Origin: Dehalococcoidia bacterium
GTDB lineage: Bacteria; Chloroflexota; Dehalococcoidia; Bin125
Assembly: GCA_963663895.2 (NCBI GenBank)
Contig: CAXXRD010000005.1
Span: 128,001 to 192,000, forward strand
DNA: 64,000 bases
Direction: 5' to 3'
The notes below the pieces were generated by a model that was given only the letters and a program-made list of their open reading frames with translations, had not been told where the DNA came from and did not search any database. Shown one piece after another: positions 49,344-58,593 of the stretch. The stretch's first letter is position 1; the number at the start of each line of letters is the position of its first letter. The position numbers were made by a program, and so were the translations under genes.

Positions 49344-50477
49344 TCACGCGGATGCGGCATCCTTCTGGTAGAGGCGGTAGCGCTTGTAGATGCGCCCGCC
49401 GGCGTGGCGCAGACTCTTATTGATGAGATCGTTGTCTTCCAGAACCCAGCTCAGCTCGGCCCAGCGGTAGCCGCAGCGCTGCCCCGCGTAGTGGATCTCG
49501 CCCAAGAGCAGCGCCGCCATCGAAGCGGTTGCGCTGCGCCTGAACTGGGGACGCACGCCGAGCAGGACGACACGCCCCCGCGGTGACCCGCGCCAGAGCC
49601 GCCACTTTAACTTAATAGCCCCCAGCGGGAAGAGGCGGCCGTCGAGGTCGCGGATCACGTGGTAGAGGTCGGGCAAGCCGACGACCATGCCGGCGGGTTC
49701 GCCGTCGATCTCGATCAGCGAAGTGGCGCAGGTGTTGGCGAACTGGGCGAAGTCGTGGGCGGTGCGGTCCGCTTCGGCCTCGCTGATGGGAACGAAGCCC
49801 CAATTGTCCGCCCAGGCTTCGTTGAAGATCTGCGCGGCGATGCGGATGTCGTCACGCAGGTGCTTGCGGTCGAACGTCCGGATGTGCACGTTAGGTTTGG
49901 CGGCGGTGCGCGCGTAGAGCGCGGCGAGGCGCTTGCTGAGCCTTCCGACCGCGTAGGACCAGGCGTAGAGGTCTTTGGCTTTGTGGTATCCGGCCTGTTC
50001 GATCAGGGCGGGGTAGTAGTCGCGCGTATGCGCCATGCCCAGCACGGGTGGCGTATCCCAGCCTTCGATCAGCACGCCGATCTCTTGGTTCATCGTGAAG
50101 GAGATCGGACCGCGTATCCAATCGACGTTGTGCTGGGCGAGCCAGTTTTCCGCGCTCTCGAAGAGCGCCTGAGAGACGGCCGGGTCGTCGATCGACTCGA
50201 AGAATCCGAAGAAGCCGCCGCGCTCGTTGTGCGTCTCGTCGTGGACGGGGTTGATATGCGCGGAGATGCGGCCAACGACCTCGCCGTCACGCTCGGCGAG
50301 GAAGAGCTGCGCCGTGCCGTACTGGAGGAACGGATTCTTCTCCTGGTCCAATTGATCGCGCAGCATGCGGTGCAGCGGCGGGACCCACATGGGATCGTCG
50401 TCGTAAATGCGCCACAGCAGTGCTGTGAAGGCCTTGCGATCGTGATTGAAGCCGATCGGGCGGACTCGCAGCGTCAT
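49344..50477 (-). CDS. GNAT-fold acyltransferase, bacterial ceramide synthase (bCerS/YghO)-like
   Basis: DP.WVPPL, KNPF, VGRISA, GFFGFFE, RGP.S, G.LIEG, YY..L.E..G..K.KDL, FN.AW..NWGFVP, AELSWVLEDN. Confidence 0.8.
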   Translation of the reverse strand: MTLRVRPIGFNHDRKAFTALLWRIYDDDPMWVPPLHRMLRDQLDQEKNPFLQYGTAQLFLAERDGEVVGRISAHINPVHDETHNERGGFFGFFESIDDPAVSQALFESAENWLAQHNVDWIRGPISFTMNQEIGVLIEGWDTPPVLGMAHTRDYYPALIEQAGYHKAKDLYAWSYAVGRLSKRLAALYARTAAKPNVHIRTFDRKHLRDDIRIAAQIFNEAWADNWGFVPISEAEADRTAHDFAQFANTCATSLIEIDGEPAGMVVGLPDLYHVIRDLDGRLFPLGAIKLKWRLWRGSPRGRVVLLGVRPQFRRSATASMAALLLGEIHYAGQRCGYRWAELSWVLEDNDLINKSLRHAGGRIYKRYRLYQKDAASA

Positions 50478-50546
50478 GCGGCGAGCCGAAAGGCGCGTTC
50501 GTCTCGCTTAGCCAACGCGCGAGCGTTTGAGGAGGTCACAGGCCAC

Positions 50547-50555
50547 TGCTATCCT
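50547..50555 (+). promoter_or_regulatory. Putative extended -10 promoter of the nuo operon
   Basis: TGcTATCCT about 40 nt upstream of nuoA GTG, with GGAGG RBS in between. Confidence 0.4.
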
Positions 50556-50595
50556 GCTGTTTGCGCCGCTTTTCACAAGATTGGGAGGCCGCGAG

Positions 50596-50967
50596 GTGCT
50601 GGAGCAGTATAGCCACCTTGCGATTCTCCTCGTGTTCGCGCTGATCTTTCCCTCCATTCCTCTGGTCGCGTCCTGGGCCATGCACCAATTGCGCGTGCGC
50701 CCGCGGATCCCCAACGTCGTGAAAGACGACACGTACGAATGCGGGGTCGAGACGGAGGGCCCGACTTGGGTCCAGTTCAACTTTCGCTATTACTTAATCG
50801 CCCTGGTGTTCGTGCTGTTCGACGTGGAGGTGGTATTCCTCTTCCCGCTCGCCGTGGCACTTGATGACGTCCTGACCTTCGGCTTGGTCGCGGGACTGAT
50901 CTTCATCGGAGTGCTGGCGCTGGGGTTAGTGTACGAGTGGAAGAAACGCGCGTTGGAGTGGCGTTAG
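50596..50967 (+). CDS. nuoA: NADH-quinone oxidoreductase subunit A
   Basis: YECG, YYLIALVFVLFDVE, W.K.ALEW. Confidence 0.96.
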   Translation: MLEQYSHLAILLVFALIFPSIPLVASWAMHQLRVRPRIPNVVKDDTYECGVETEGPTWVQFNFRYYLIALVFVLFDVEVVFLFPLAVALDDVLTFGLVAGLIFIGVLALGLVYEWKKRALEWR

Positions 50968-50968
50968 C

Positions 50969-51523
50969 GTGACCGTACTGCTCGACCCCCAAGTGGTGGC
51001 CGATCAGTTGCGCGGCGCCGTGCCCGAGTCCACACCACGCGCCGATGCGTGGGCGGTGATCGTCGCGGCCGGCCATCTGGTCGAGGCGGTGCGCTTCTTG
51101 GCGGGAAGCGCGCTGGACCTTTCGTTCCTGGCCAGCTTGACGGCCGTCGATCGCGAATCGCACTTCGAGCTGGTCTACCATCTGCAGTCGCTAGACCGGA
51201 ATCACCTGATCACGCTGAAGACGGTCGCGGAAGATCATGAGGCGCCGTGTGTTCCCTCCTTGACGGGGGAGTACCGGGGAGCGCATCTCCAGGAGCGTGA
51301 GGTCTTCGACCTAATGGGGATTCGCTTCGAGGGTCACCCGGACCTGCGCCGGATGTTTCTCTGGGATGGATTTCCTGGCTACCCGCTCCGGAAGGACTTT
51401 TTGGGCATGCCCGGAACGCTGAGCGCCGGTCTGCCCGGCTTCCCGCATGAGAGCGGGGAAAACCGTTGGCCGGTGCCGGGGAGCACCCCAGTGATCCCGC
51501 AGAGCCGAGACCACGATCGCTGA
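50969..51523 (+). CDS. nuoC: NADH-quinone oxidoreductase subunit C
   Basis: FELVYHL, EREVFDLMGI.F.GHPDLRR, PLRKDF. Confidence 0.95.
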   Translation: MTVLLDPQVVADQLRGAVPESTPRADAWAVIVAAGHLVEAVRFLAGSALDLSFLASLTAVDRESHFELVYHLQSLDRNHLITLKTVAEDHEAPCVPSLTGEYRGAHLQEREVFDLMGIRFEGHPDLRRMFLWDGFPGYPLRKDFLGMPGTLSAGLPGFPHESGENRWPVPGSTPVIPQSRDHDR

Positions 51524-52644
51524 TGGCTAGCGAGACTCCGAAACGCGTGCACTCCGAGCCGGTCGTGGTCAACATTGGTCCACAGCACCCATCGACCCAC
51601 GGTGTGTTCCGGCTCAAGGCCACGCTGGACGGCGAGATCATCCAGGACGTCGACATGTTGATCGGCTATCTGCATCGCTCCATGGAGAAATTGGCCGAGG
51701 AGCGCACCTTCACGCAGAACATTCCCTTCACGGACCGGATCGACTATCTGGCGGCGATGTCGAACAACCTGTCCTACTGTCTGGCGGTTGAGAAACTCGC
51801 GGGGATAGAAGTCCCGCTGCGCGGTCAGTGGCTTCGCGTCCTGTTCGCCGAGCTGCAGCGGATCGCCAGCCACGCGATGGCCAACGGGACCTTCGTGAAC
51901 GACTGCGGCGCTTGGCAGACGCCGCTGATGTACATGTTCCGCGAGCGCGAGAAGATCCTCGACCTCTTCGAGATGACCTGCGGCGCGCGCCTGACGACGA
52001 ACTACATGCGCATTGGCGGCGTCGCCTTCGACCCGCCGCTGGAGCTGTGGCCGGCGCTTTGCAGTCTGCTTGACGAGATGCCCGAGCGGCTCGAAGAGTA
52101 CGCCGCGTTGACAGTCGATAACGAGATCGTGCTGGCACGTTCCAAAGGCGTGGGCGTGATCAGTGCCGAGGCGGCGCTCAACGCGTCCTTGAGCGGGCCG
52201 CTTTTGCGCGGCAGCGGCGTGCCCTGGGATCTGCGCAAGGCCGATCCGTACTGTGTTTACGACCAGCTGGATTTTGACATCCCCGTGGGTCGCGATGGGG
52301 ACTGTTACGATCGCTTCCGTGTGCGCCTTGAAGAGGTGCGCCAGAGCGTGCGGATCCTCAACCAGGTCGTGGAGCGCATCCCTGGCGGTCCCTGGCAAGC
52401 GGAGGTGCCGCTGCACCTGCGGCCCGCCGCCGGCGAGGCCTACGCGCGCATCGAATCGCCACGGGGCGAGTTGGGCTTCTATGTCGTCAGCGACGGCGGC
52501 CCCACCCCCTGGCGCTTCCACTGCCGCGCTCCCAGCTTGATCAACCTGTCCGCACTTAAGGAGATGACGGTGGGGCGCTCGCTCGCGGATGCGATCGTGA
52601 CCCTCGGCTCGATCGATATCGTGGTGGGAGAGATCGACCGGTGA
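51523..52644 (+). CDS. nuoD: NADH-quinone oxidoreductase subunit D
   Basis: NIGPQHPSTHGV, GYLHR..EK, DRIDY, ESPRGE, DIVVGEIDR; no NiFe CxxC motifs. Confidence 0.96.
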   Translation: MASETPKRVHSEPVVVNIGPQHPSTHGVFRLKATLDGEIIQDVDMLIGYLHRSMEKLAEERTFTQNIPFTDRIDYLAAMSNNLSYCLAVEKLAGIEVPLRGQWLRVLFAELQRIASHAMANGTFVNDCGAWQTPLMYMFREREKILDLFEMTCGARLTTNYMRIGGVAFDPPLELWPALCSLLDEMPERLEEYAALTVDNEIVLARSKGVGVISAEAALNASLSGPLLRGSGVPWDLRKADPYCVYDQLDFDIPVGRDGDCYDRFRVRLEEVRQSVRILNQVVERIPGGPWQAEVPLHLRPAAGEAYARIESPRGELGFYVVSDGGPTPWRFHCRAPSLINLSALKEMTVGRSLADAIVTLGSIDIVVGEIDR

Positions 52645-53912
52645 GTGCTTGGCTCTTGGCGGCCTGGTACGACCTGCGCGACCTCAGCGGCATCAGCCGG
52701 GAGATTACGGAGTGGGTTGCCAGCTGGGGGCCGGAGTGGCTTGCCTCCGCGGTATCGGGCGCGATCGGAGCGATCGCCATTCTCGCCGTTATTGGCCCGA
52801 CGCTCATGATCCTGATCTGGACGGAGCGGAAGGTCATCGCGCGATTGCAGGTGCGCTACGGCCCCAACCGCGTGGGACCGCGCGGGCTGCTGCAGCCCGT
52901 CGCGGACGCCGTCAAACTCATCCTCAAAGAGGAGCTGGTGCCGCGCGCGGCGGACAAATGGCTGTTTTTCCTGCCGCCGGTTCTGGTGTTCATCCCGGCG
53001 CTGCTGGTGTGGGGCGTGCTGCCCTTCGGACCGCATATGCAAGTCGCCGACTTGAATGTGGGCGTGTTGTTCTTGCTTGCGGTCTCCGGCACGAACGTGC
53101 TTGCCGTCTTCATCGCCGGCTGGGCGTCGAACAATAAGTACGCGCTGTTCGGCGCGATGCGTGTGATCGCGATGACGATCAGCTACGAGATCGCGATGGT
53201 GTTGGCGCTGCTGACGGTCGTATTCCTCACCGGGACGATGAGCATTAACGGCATCGTGCTGTGGCAGCAGCAAGAGGACCTGATCTTGATCGTGCTTCTG
53301 CCGATGACCGCACTGACTTTCTTGCTCGGCGCCACCGCGGAACTCAATCGCACGCCGATGGATATCGCGGAAGCGGAGTCGGAGATCGTGGCCGGGTACC
53401 ACACCGAGTACTCGGGCATGCGCTTCGGCTTGTTCTACGCCGTCGAGCTGGCGAACACGCTTGTGATGTCCGCTTTCATGGCAACGTTCTTCTTGGGTGG
53501 CTGGTGGCTCTGGGGTCTGGATGCATGGGTGCCGAGCTGGATCATTCTGCTCGCCAAGACATCGCTGGTGTACTTCGTCTTCATCTGGCTGCGCGGGACG
53601 CTGCCGCGGCTTCGGATCGATCAGCTGATGGCGTTCTGCTGGAAGTTATTGGTGCCTGCCGGGCTCCTATTCGTGGCGATAGCGGCTGTGGAGCACACGT
53701 TGCTTTCCGAGTACGCCTGGGACCGCACGATCGCGCTGCCGGTGATGGCGGTGATCAATGCGGCCGTGACGGTTGCCGTGATTGGCGCATACGCTCGGGC
53801 GACCGGGGCAGGCGCGCATAGAGCGTCCGCGGGCCCGCGGATGGCGCGCGGGCGGCTGGGCGGGCTGCGGGCCGCTCGGCAGCTGGCTCAAGCACCGAGC
53901 GGGGGCGACTAA
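52641..53912 (+). CDS. nuoH: NADH-quinone oxidoreductase subunit H
   Basis: ERK..AR.Q.R.GPNRVG, SNNKY, NRTP.D..EAESE..GY.TEYSG, PR.R.DQ. Confidence 0.96.
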   Translation: MSAWLLAAWYDLRDLSGISREITEWVASWGPEWLASAVSGAIGAIAILAVIGPTLMILIWTERKVIARLQVRYGPNRVGPRGLLQPVADAVKLILKEELVPRAADKWLFFLPPVLVFIPALLVWGVLPFGPHMQVADLNVGVLFLLAVSGTNVLAVFIAGWASNNKYALFGAMRVIAMTISYEIAMVLALLTVVFLTGTMSINGIVLWQQQEDLILIVLLPMTALTFLLGATAELNRTPMDIAEAESEIVAGYHTEYSGMRFGLFYAVELANTLVMSAFMATFFLGGWWLWGLDAWVPSWIILLAKTSLVYFVFIWLRGTLPRLRIDQLMAFCWKLLVPAGLLFVAIAAVEHTLLSEYAWDRTIALPVMAVINAAVTVAVIGAYARATGAGAHRASAGPRMARGRLGGLRAARQLAQAPSGGD

Positions 53913-53974
53913 CAGCCGCCTCTGGAGCGGCGTAAACAGGGCTGGCTTCGGCTGGTCAGTGCAGGCGAGGGTAC

Positions 53975-54535
53975 GTGGACGGCGTCGGACACCACTTAGC
54001 GTTTTGGTCGTTGGCGGTGATCACCGTTGGCGCCGCGCTCGGCATTCTTGTCAGCCGCAACCTCATTCACGCGATGGTTATGCTGATCTTGAGCTTCATC
54101 GGCGTCGCGGGCCTCTATCTATTGCTCTCGGCAGAGTTCATCGCCGTCGTCCAGATCTTGGTCTACGTCGGCGCCATTTCGGTGCTCATGCTGTTCGCGA
54201 TCCTGCTCACTCCACGGGCGGCGCGGGATAATGCCGAAACGGCGATGCGCTACCCGGGATTGATTTTGATGGGCTTGGTCATCGCCGCGACCGTGTTCGT
54301 TGCACTCGAGACCGACTGGGGCGCCGTCCGCGAGGAGCCGGTGACGGAGTCGGCACGGATCATCGGCCAGTCGTTGATCAATGAATTCGTACTGCCGTTC
54401 GAGATCGCCGCCGTGCTGCTGACGGCGGCACTGGTCGGCGCAGTGGCGCTGGCACGCCGCGACGACGAGGATATCGACGCGCATGAACAGAGCCTGACCC
54501 TGGAGGGTCGGGAGGATTCGGGCGGAAGCTCGTGA
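53975..54535 (+). CDS. nuoJ: NADH-quinone oxidoreductase subunit J
   Basis: QILVYVGAI.VL.LF, LPFE...LL.A.VGA. Confidence 0.95.
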   Translation: MDGVGHHLAFWSLAVITVGAALGILVSRNLIHAMVMLILSFIGVAGLYLLLSAEFIAVVQILVYVGAISVLMLFAILLTPRAARDNAETAMRYPGLILMGLVIAATVFVALETDWGAVREEPVTESARIIGQSLINEFVLPFEIAAVLLTAALVGAVALARRDDEDIDAHEQSLTLEGREDSGGSS

Positions 54536-54846
54536 CGATTGGGCTCGAACACTTTTTGGTGCTGGGGGCGCTGCTTTTCGGAGTGGGGTTGTACGTGGCG
54601 CTGGCCAAGCGCAACGCAATCGGCGTGCTGATGGGCGTCGAGTTGATGCTGAACGCGGTCAATTTAACGCTGGTGGCCTTTGGGCGTTTCGTGGAGAGTG
54701 AGGTAGCGCTGTCCACGAGCGTGTTCGTCGTGTTCATCATCGCAGTGGCGGCGGCGGAGATCGCGGTGGGTCTGGCACTCGCGATGGTCGTCTACCGCAA
54801 TCGCGACACGATCAACGTCGATCGTGTGAACTTGCTGAAGTGGTAG
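54532..54846 (+). CDS. nuoK: NADH-quinone oxidoreductase subunit K
   Basis: ELMLNA, AAAE.AVGLA. Confidence 0.96.
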   Translation: MTIGLEHFLVLGALLFGVGLYVALAKRNAIGVLMGVELMLNAVNLTLVAFGRFVESEVALSTSVFVVFIIAVAAAEIAVGLALAMVVYRNRDTINVDRVNLLKW

Positions 54847-54852
54847 GCCGGC

Positions 54853-55053
54853 ATGTGGGCTGAGCTGATGGAGGTTCCGAACCGCTACGTGGCGGAGACG
54901 TGGCGTGAACTCTTCCACGCCGAGGGGATCGCGACGCGCCTCATCGTTACCGCTCCGCCGGAGGACGCTGTCGTGAGTGACTTCACGCCGCGCAAGATTT
55001 TCGTCCCCGATTCGAAGACGCACGTCGCGCGCGAAGTGATGCGCAAGGTTTGA
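54853..55053 (+). CDS. Small soluble protein (66 aa), DUF2007/PII-like pattern, embedded in the nuo operon
   Basis: Fills the nuoK-nuoL gap, TGATG coupling to nuoL; N...AE.....L..EGI.......I.VP......ARE pattern. Confidence 0.75.
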   Translation: MWAELMEVPNRYVAETWRELFHAEGIATRLIVTAPPEDAVVSDFTPRKIFVPDSKTHVAREVMRKV

Positions 55054-56987
55054 TGAGCGCGCCGGTTTCCGAAGTCGTCGTTTGGCTGATTCTCGGGCTT
55101 CCAGTCGCGTCCTTCGTTCTGATCGCGGCGCTTTACCCGGTGCTGCGCAGATATCCGGCCCCCGCCGGATGGATCGCGATGCTCGCGATTGGGGGATCGC
55201 TGGGGATCTCGGTCTGGCTGCTGATGGAAGCGATCGGCGCCGCCGGCCGGCCACTGGACTTCGAGACCCACGAGTTGGTCGATGTGGGATCGCTCTTGAT
55301 CACGATCGGCATCCGGCTGGACGGGTTGACCGCCGTGATGACGGTGGTGGTAACGGCGGTATCGCTCTTAGTCCAAGTCTACTCGACCGGCTACATGCGC
55401 GGCGACCGCGGTTACGCGCGCTACTTCGCTTACATGTCGCTCTTCACGGCGGCGATGTTGGGCCTGGTGCTCGTCGATAACTTGGTGGTGCTGTTCGCCT
55501 TCTGGGAGCTTGTCGGTCTGGCCTCGTACTTGCTGATTGGCTTTTGGTTCCACAAACCCGCGGCGGCGGCCGCCGCCAAGAAGGCATTCCTCGTCACGCG
55601 CGCCGGCGATTTGGGGCTCTTGGCCGCGCTGATCTTTATCTGGGTGCGCGCCGGCACCTTGGATATCGCCACGATTAACACAGAGGTCGTGGGTGCAGTG
55701 GAGCTGGGGTTGCTGGGGCAGACGACCCTGACATTGTTTGCGGTCGGGCTGGTGGCGGGCGCGGTGGGCAAAAGCGCGCAGTTTCCGCTGCATATCTGGT
55801 TGCCGGATGCGATGGAGGGACCGACGCCGGTCTCTGCGCTTATCCACGCGGCGACGATGGTCGTGGCGGGGGTCTACCTGTTAGGCCGCTTCTTCCCGGT
55901 GCTGGAGGCATCCGCGACCGCGAGTGACTTGATCGCGTGGATCGGCGTCGGGACGGCGCTCGGTGCGGGCTTAGTCGCGGTGGTGCAGACCGATATCAAG
56001 CGCGTACTGGCCTACTCCACGATCAGTCAAATCGGCTACATGATGTTCGCGCTGGGCACGGGGGCCTACGCCGCCGCGTTCTTCCACTTGATGACTCACG
56101 CCTTCTTCAAAGCGCTGCTCTTCCTGGGCGCGGGCTCGGTCAACCACGCGACCAATACGTTTGATATGCGGCGCATGGGCGGGTTGCGCACCGTGATGCC
56201 GGTGACATACCTGACCTTCGTGATCGGCGCGCTCTCCCTCTCCGGAGTGATTCCGCTGGCCGGCTTTTGGTCGAAAGATGAGATCTTGATCGAGGCCTGG
56301 GATCACCAGCCAGCGATCTTCGCCATTGCCCTCGTCGCGTCGGGGTTGACGGCGTTCTACATGTTCCGCGCGATCGTTCTGACCTTTCACGGCTCCTACC
56401 GGGGCGGCGGACAGCCGGAGCCGGGCGGGCATGGCGGTGACGCCGCTCACCCGCATGAGTCGTCTTGGAGCATGCGCGGAGTGCTGGTGCTGTTGGCAGT
56501 CCCCGCTGTTGCGGCCGGGTTCCTCACCTTCGGCGGTGAGTTTCAGACCTGGGTCCTGGGAGCGCTACCGCATCCGGAGGAAGGGCACTTCGTCTTTGAT
56601 CTCGGCGTGTTCTTGGCATCGACGATCGTCGCGGCGGCTGGCATCGGCGGCGCGGTAGCGATCTACCGGCTGCGGCTCATCAACGTCGCGGCGCTGCGGA
56701 CCGGGATGCTGCGCCCGGTGTATCGCGCGCTCGAGAGCAAGCTCTACATGGACCTGTTGGTTGAGGACTGGCTGGTACGGCGCTTCTTCCACGGGGGGTT
56801 GGTGAAGGCTATGGCGCGCGTTGATGAGCAAGGGGTCGATCGGGCCTTGGACGGAGTCTGGCACGTGAGCTTCGAGGCGGGGCGCTGGGGGCGCTTGGTG
56901 CAGAACGGACAAGTCCAGATGATGGCGGTGGCGTTGGTTGCTGGCGGTGTCGTGGTTTGGGGCGCCGTCGTGCTCTTCTGGGCGTGA
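55053..56987 (+). CDS. nuoL: NADH-quinone oxidoreductase subunit L
   Basis: WE.VGL.SYLLIGFW, KSAQFPLH.WLPDAMEGPTPVSALIHAATMV, HAFFKALLFL. Confidence 0.97.
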   Translation: MSAPVSEVVVWLILGLPVASFVLIAALYPVLRRYPAPAGWIAMLAIGGSLGISVWLLMEAIGAAGRPLDFETHELVDVGSLLITIGIRLDGLTAVMTVVVTAVSLLVQVYSTGYMRGDRGYARYFAYMSLFTAAMLGLVLVDNLVVLFAFWELVGLASYLLIGFWFHKPAAAAAAKKAFLVTRAGDLGLLAALIFIWVRAGTLDIATINTEVVGAVELGLLGQTTLTLFAVGLVAGAVGKSAQFPLHIWLPDAMEGPTPVSALIHAATMVVAGVYLLGRFFPVLEASATASDLIAWIGVGTALGAGLVAVVQTDIKRVLAYSTISQIGYMMFALGTGAYAAAFFHLMTHAFFKALLFLGAGSVNHATNTFDMRRMGGLRTVMPVTYLTFVIGALSLSGVIPLAGFWSKDEILIEAWDHQPAIFAIALVASGLTAFYMFRAIVLTFHGSYRGGGQPEPGGHGGDAAHPHESSWSMRGVLVLLAVPAVAAGFLTFGGEFQTWVLGALPHPEEGHFVFDLGVFLASTIVAAAGIGGAVAIYRLRLINVAALRTGMLRPVYRALESKLYMDLLVEDWLVRRFFHGGLVKAMARVDEQGVDRALDGVWHVSFEAGRWGRLVQNGQVQMMAVALVAGGVVVWGAVVLFWA

Positions 56988-57003
56988 GGAGCGTGCACGC
57001 ATA

Positions 57004-58593
57004 ATGGGCGAGGGCTTTCCCATCCTCTCGATCCTGGTGTTCTTGCCCCTGGCTGGGGCGCTGCTGATCGCGCTCTTGCCGGGCCAGCGGGTGCCCTGGC
57101 CGGCGGCCGCGGTGCGTGCCCTGCCGGGTAACCAGCAAGCGCATGCCAAGTGGATCGCGCTCGCGGTCGCGTTCGCCACGCTGGTGATTGCGCTGGTGCT
57201 GTTCGTTCTCTTCGACCGCGCCGACAGTGGCTTTCAGTTCACCGATACGTTCCTGTGGATCAGCGCGCAGGATGCGGGGTTCGATGTTTCGTACGCCTTC
57301 GGCGTCGACGGGCTGTCGATGCCGCTGGTGCTGCTGACGGGGTTGCTCACCACTATCGCCGTCCTGATCTCCTGGCGGATCGACGTGCGGCCCAAAGAGT
57401 ACTTCGCCTGGCTGCTGGTGTTGGAGACGTCAGTCCTGGGCGTGTTCACGTCGTTGGACCTGATCTTCTTCTTCATCTTCTGGGAGCTCGAACTCTTGCC
57501 GATGTTCTTCCTGATCAGCGTCTGGGGAAGCGGGCGGCGTAGCTACTCGGCCATGAAGTTCGTCCTGTTCACTTTCTTCGGTTCCGCCTTCATGCTCGTC
57601 GGCTTCTTGGTCATGGGCGTGGTGGCCGGCACCTTCGATATGCGGGAGATCCAAGAGTCGGCGCTGGCGGGCGCGGTGCTGCCGGTACCCGCGATCTTCG
57701 CCTTCATCTTCCTCGCATTCGGGATCAAGCTGCCGCTGGTTCCCGTCCACACGTGGCTGCCCGACGCGCACACCGACGCGCCCACCGCGGCGTCGGTGAT
57801 GCTGGCGGGCGTCCTGCTCAAGATGGGGGGATACGGCATCCTGCGCTTGCTGTTCACGCTGATGCCGGAGACCGCTGCTGCAGCCGATGTGGCGCTGGCG
57901 ATCCTCGCGGCCGTTTCGATCATCTACGGGGCGGTGATCACGGTGCGCCAGACCGATCTAAAGCGGCTGGTGGCCTACTCGTCCGTGTCGCATATGGGAT
58001 TCGTGCTGTTGGGCGTTGCCGGGCTGGGCGTGGTGGGGATGAGCGGGGCGGCGATGCAGTTGGTGACGCACGGGCTGATCACCGGGATGCTGTTTGTGGT
58101 GGTGGGGATGATCTACGACCGAACCCATACCCGTCAGATCTCAGCGATGCGGGGGCTGGCCCATTACCTGCCGCTGCTTAGCACGATGCTGGTCTTCGCA
58201 GGGCTAGCGGGGTTGGGACTTCCGGCCCTGGCGGGGTTTGTCTCCGAGGTGACGGTGTTCTTGGGCGCGTTCGGACGGCATGAGCCGCAGACGGCGGTGG
58301 CGCTGGTCGGGGTGCTGCTGGCTGCGGGCTATGTGCTATGGGCTCTGCAACGGTCGGTCTTCGGGCCGCGTGATGAGCGTTGGCGAGAACTGCAGGACGT
58401 GCGGGCCTGGTGGGAGTTTCTGCCGCTCGGGGCGCTGGTGAGCCTGATCGTCTTGCTGGGTGTGTACCCATCGGTGGTTTTGGACGTCTTCGAGTTGGGC
58501 GTGCGGCCGATCGCCGAGGGGATCGCGGTCTTCCAGCCTGACATCGTCGAGAGCGAGGCCTTGGAGGTCGCTCGACTGGGGAGGGGCGGCTGA
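57004..58593 (+). CDS. nuoM: NADH-quinone oxidoreductase subunit M
   Basis: FWE..L.PM, KLP..P.HTWLPDAH, LLKMG.YG, AYSSVSHMG. Confidence 0.97.
   Translation: MGEGFPILSILVFLPLAGALLIALLPGQRVPWPAAAVRALPGNQQAHAKWIALAVAFATLVIALVLFVLFDRADSGFQFTDTFLWISAQDAGFDVSYAFGVDGLSMPLVLLTGLLTTIAVLISWRIDVRPKEYFAWLLVLETSVLGVFTSLDLIFFFIFWELELLPMFFLISVWGSGRRSYSAMKFVLFTFFGSAFMLVGFLVMGVVAGTFDMREIQESALAGAVLPVPAIFAFIFLAFGIKLPLVPVHTWLPDAHTDAPTAASVMLAGVLLKMGGYGILRLLFTLMPETAAAADVALAILAAVSIIYGAVITVRQTDLKRLVAYSSVSHMGFVLLGVAGLGVVGMSGAAMQLVTHGLITGMLFVVVGMIYDRTHTRQISAMRGLAHYLPLLSTMLVFAGLAGLGLPALAGFVSEVTVFLGAFGRHEPQTAVALVGVLLAAGYVLWALQRSVFGPRDERWRELQDVRAWWEFLPLGALVSLIVLLGVYPSVVLDVFELGVRPIAEGIAVFQPDIVESEALEVARLGRGG

Noticed and set aside
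51523-52644. Group 4 NiFe-hydrogenase large subunit as an explanation for the odd nuo operon
   Set aside because: Lacks both CxxC Ni-binding motifs and ends in the NuoD-type GEIDR
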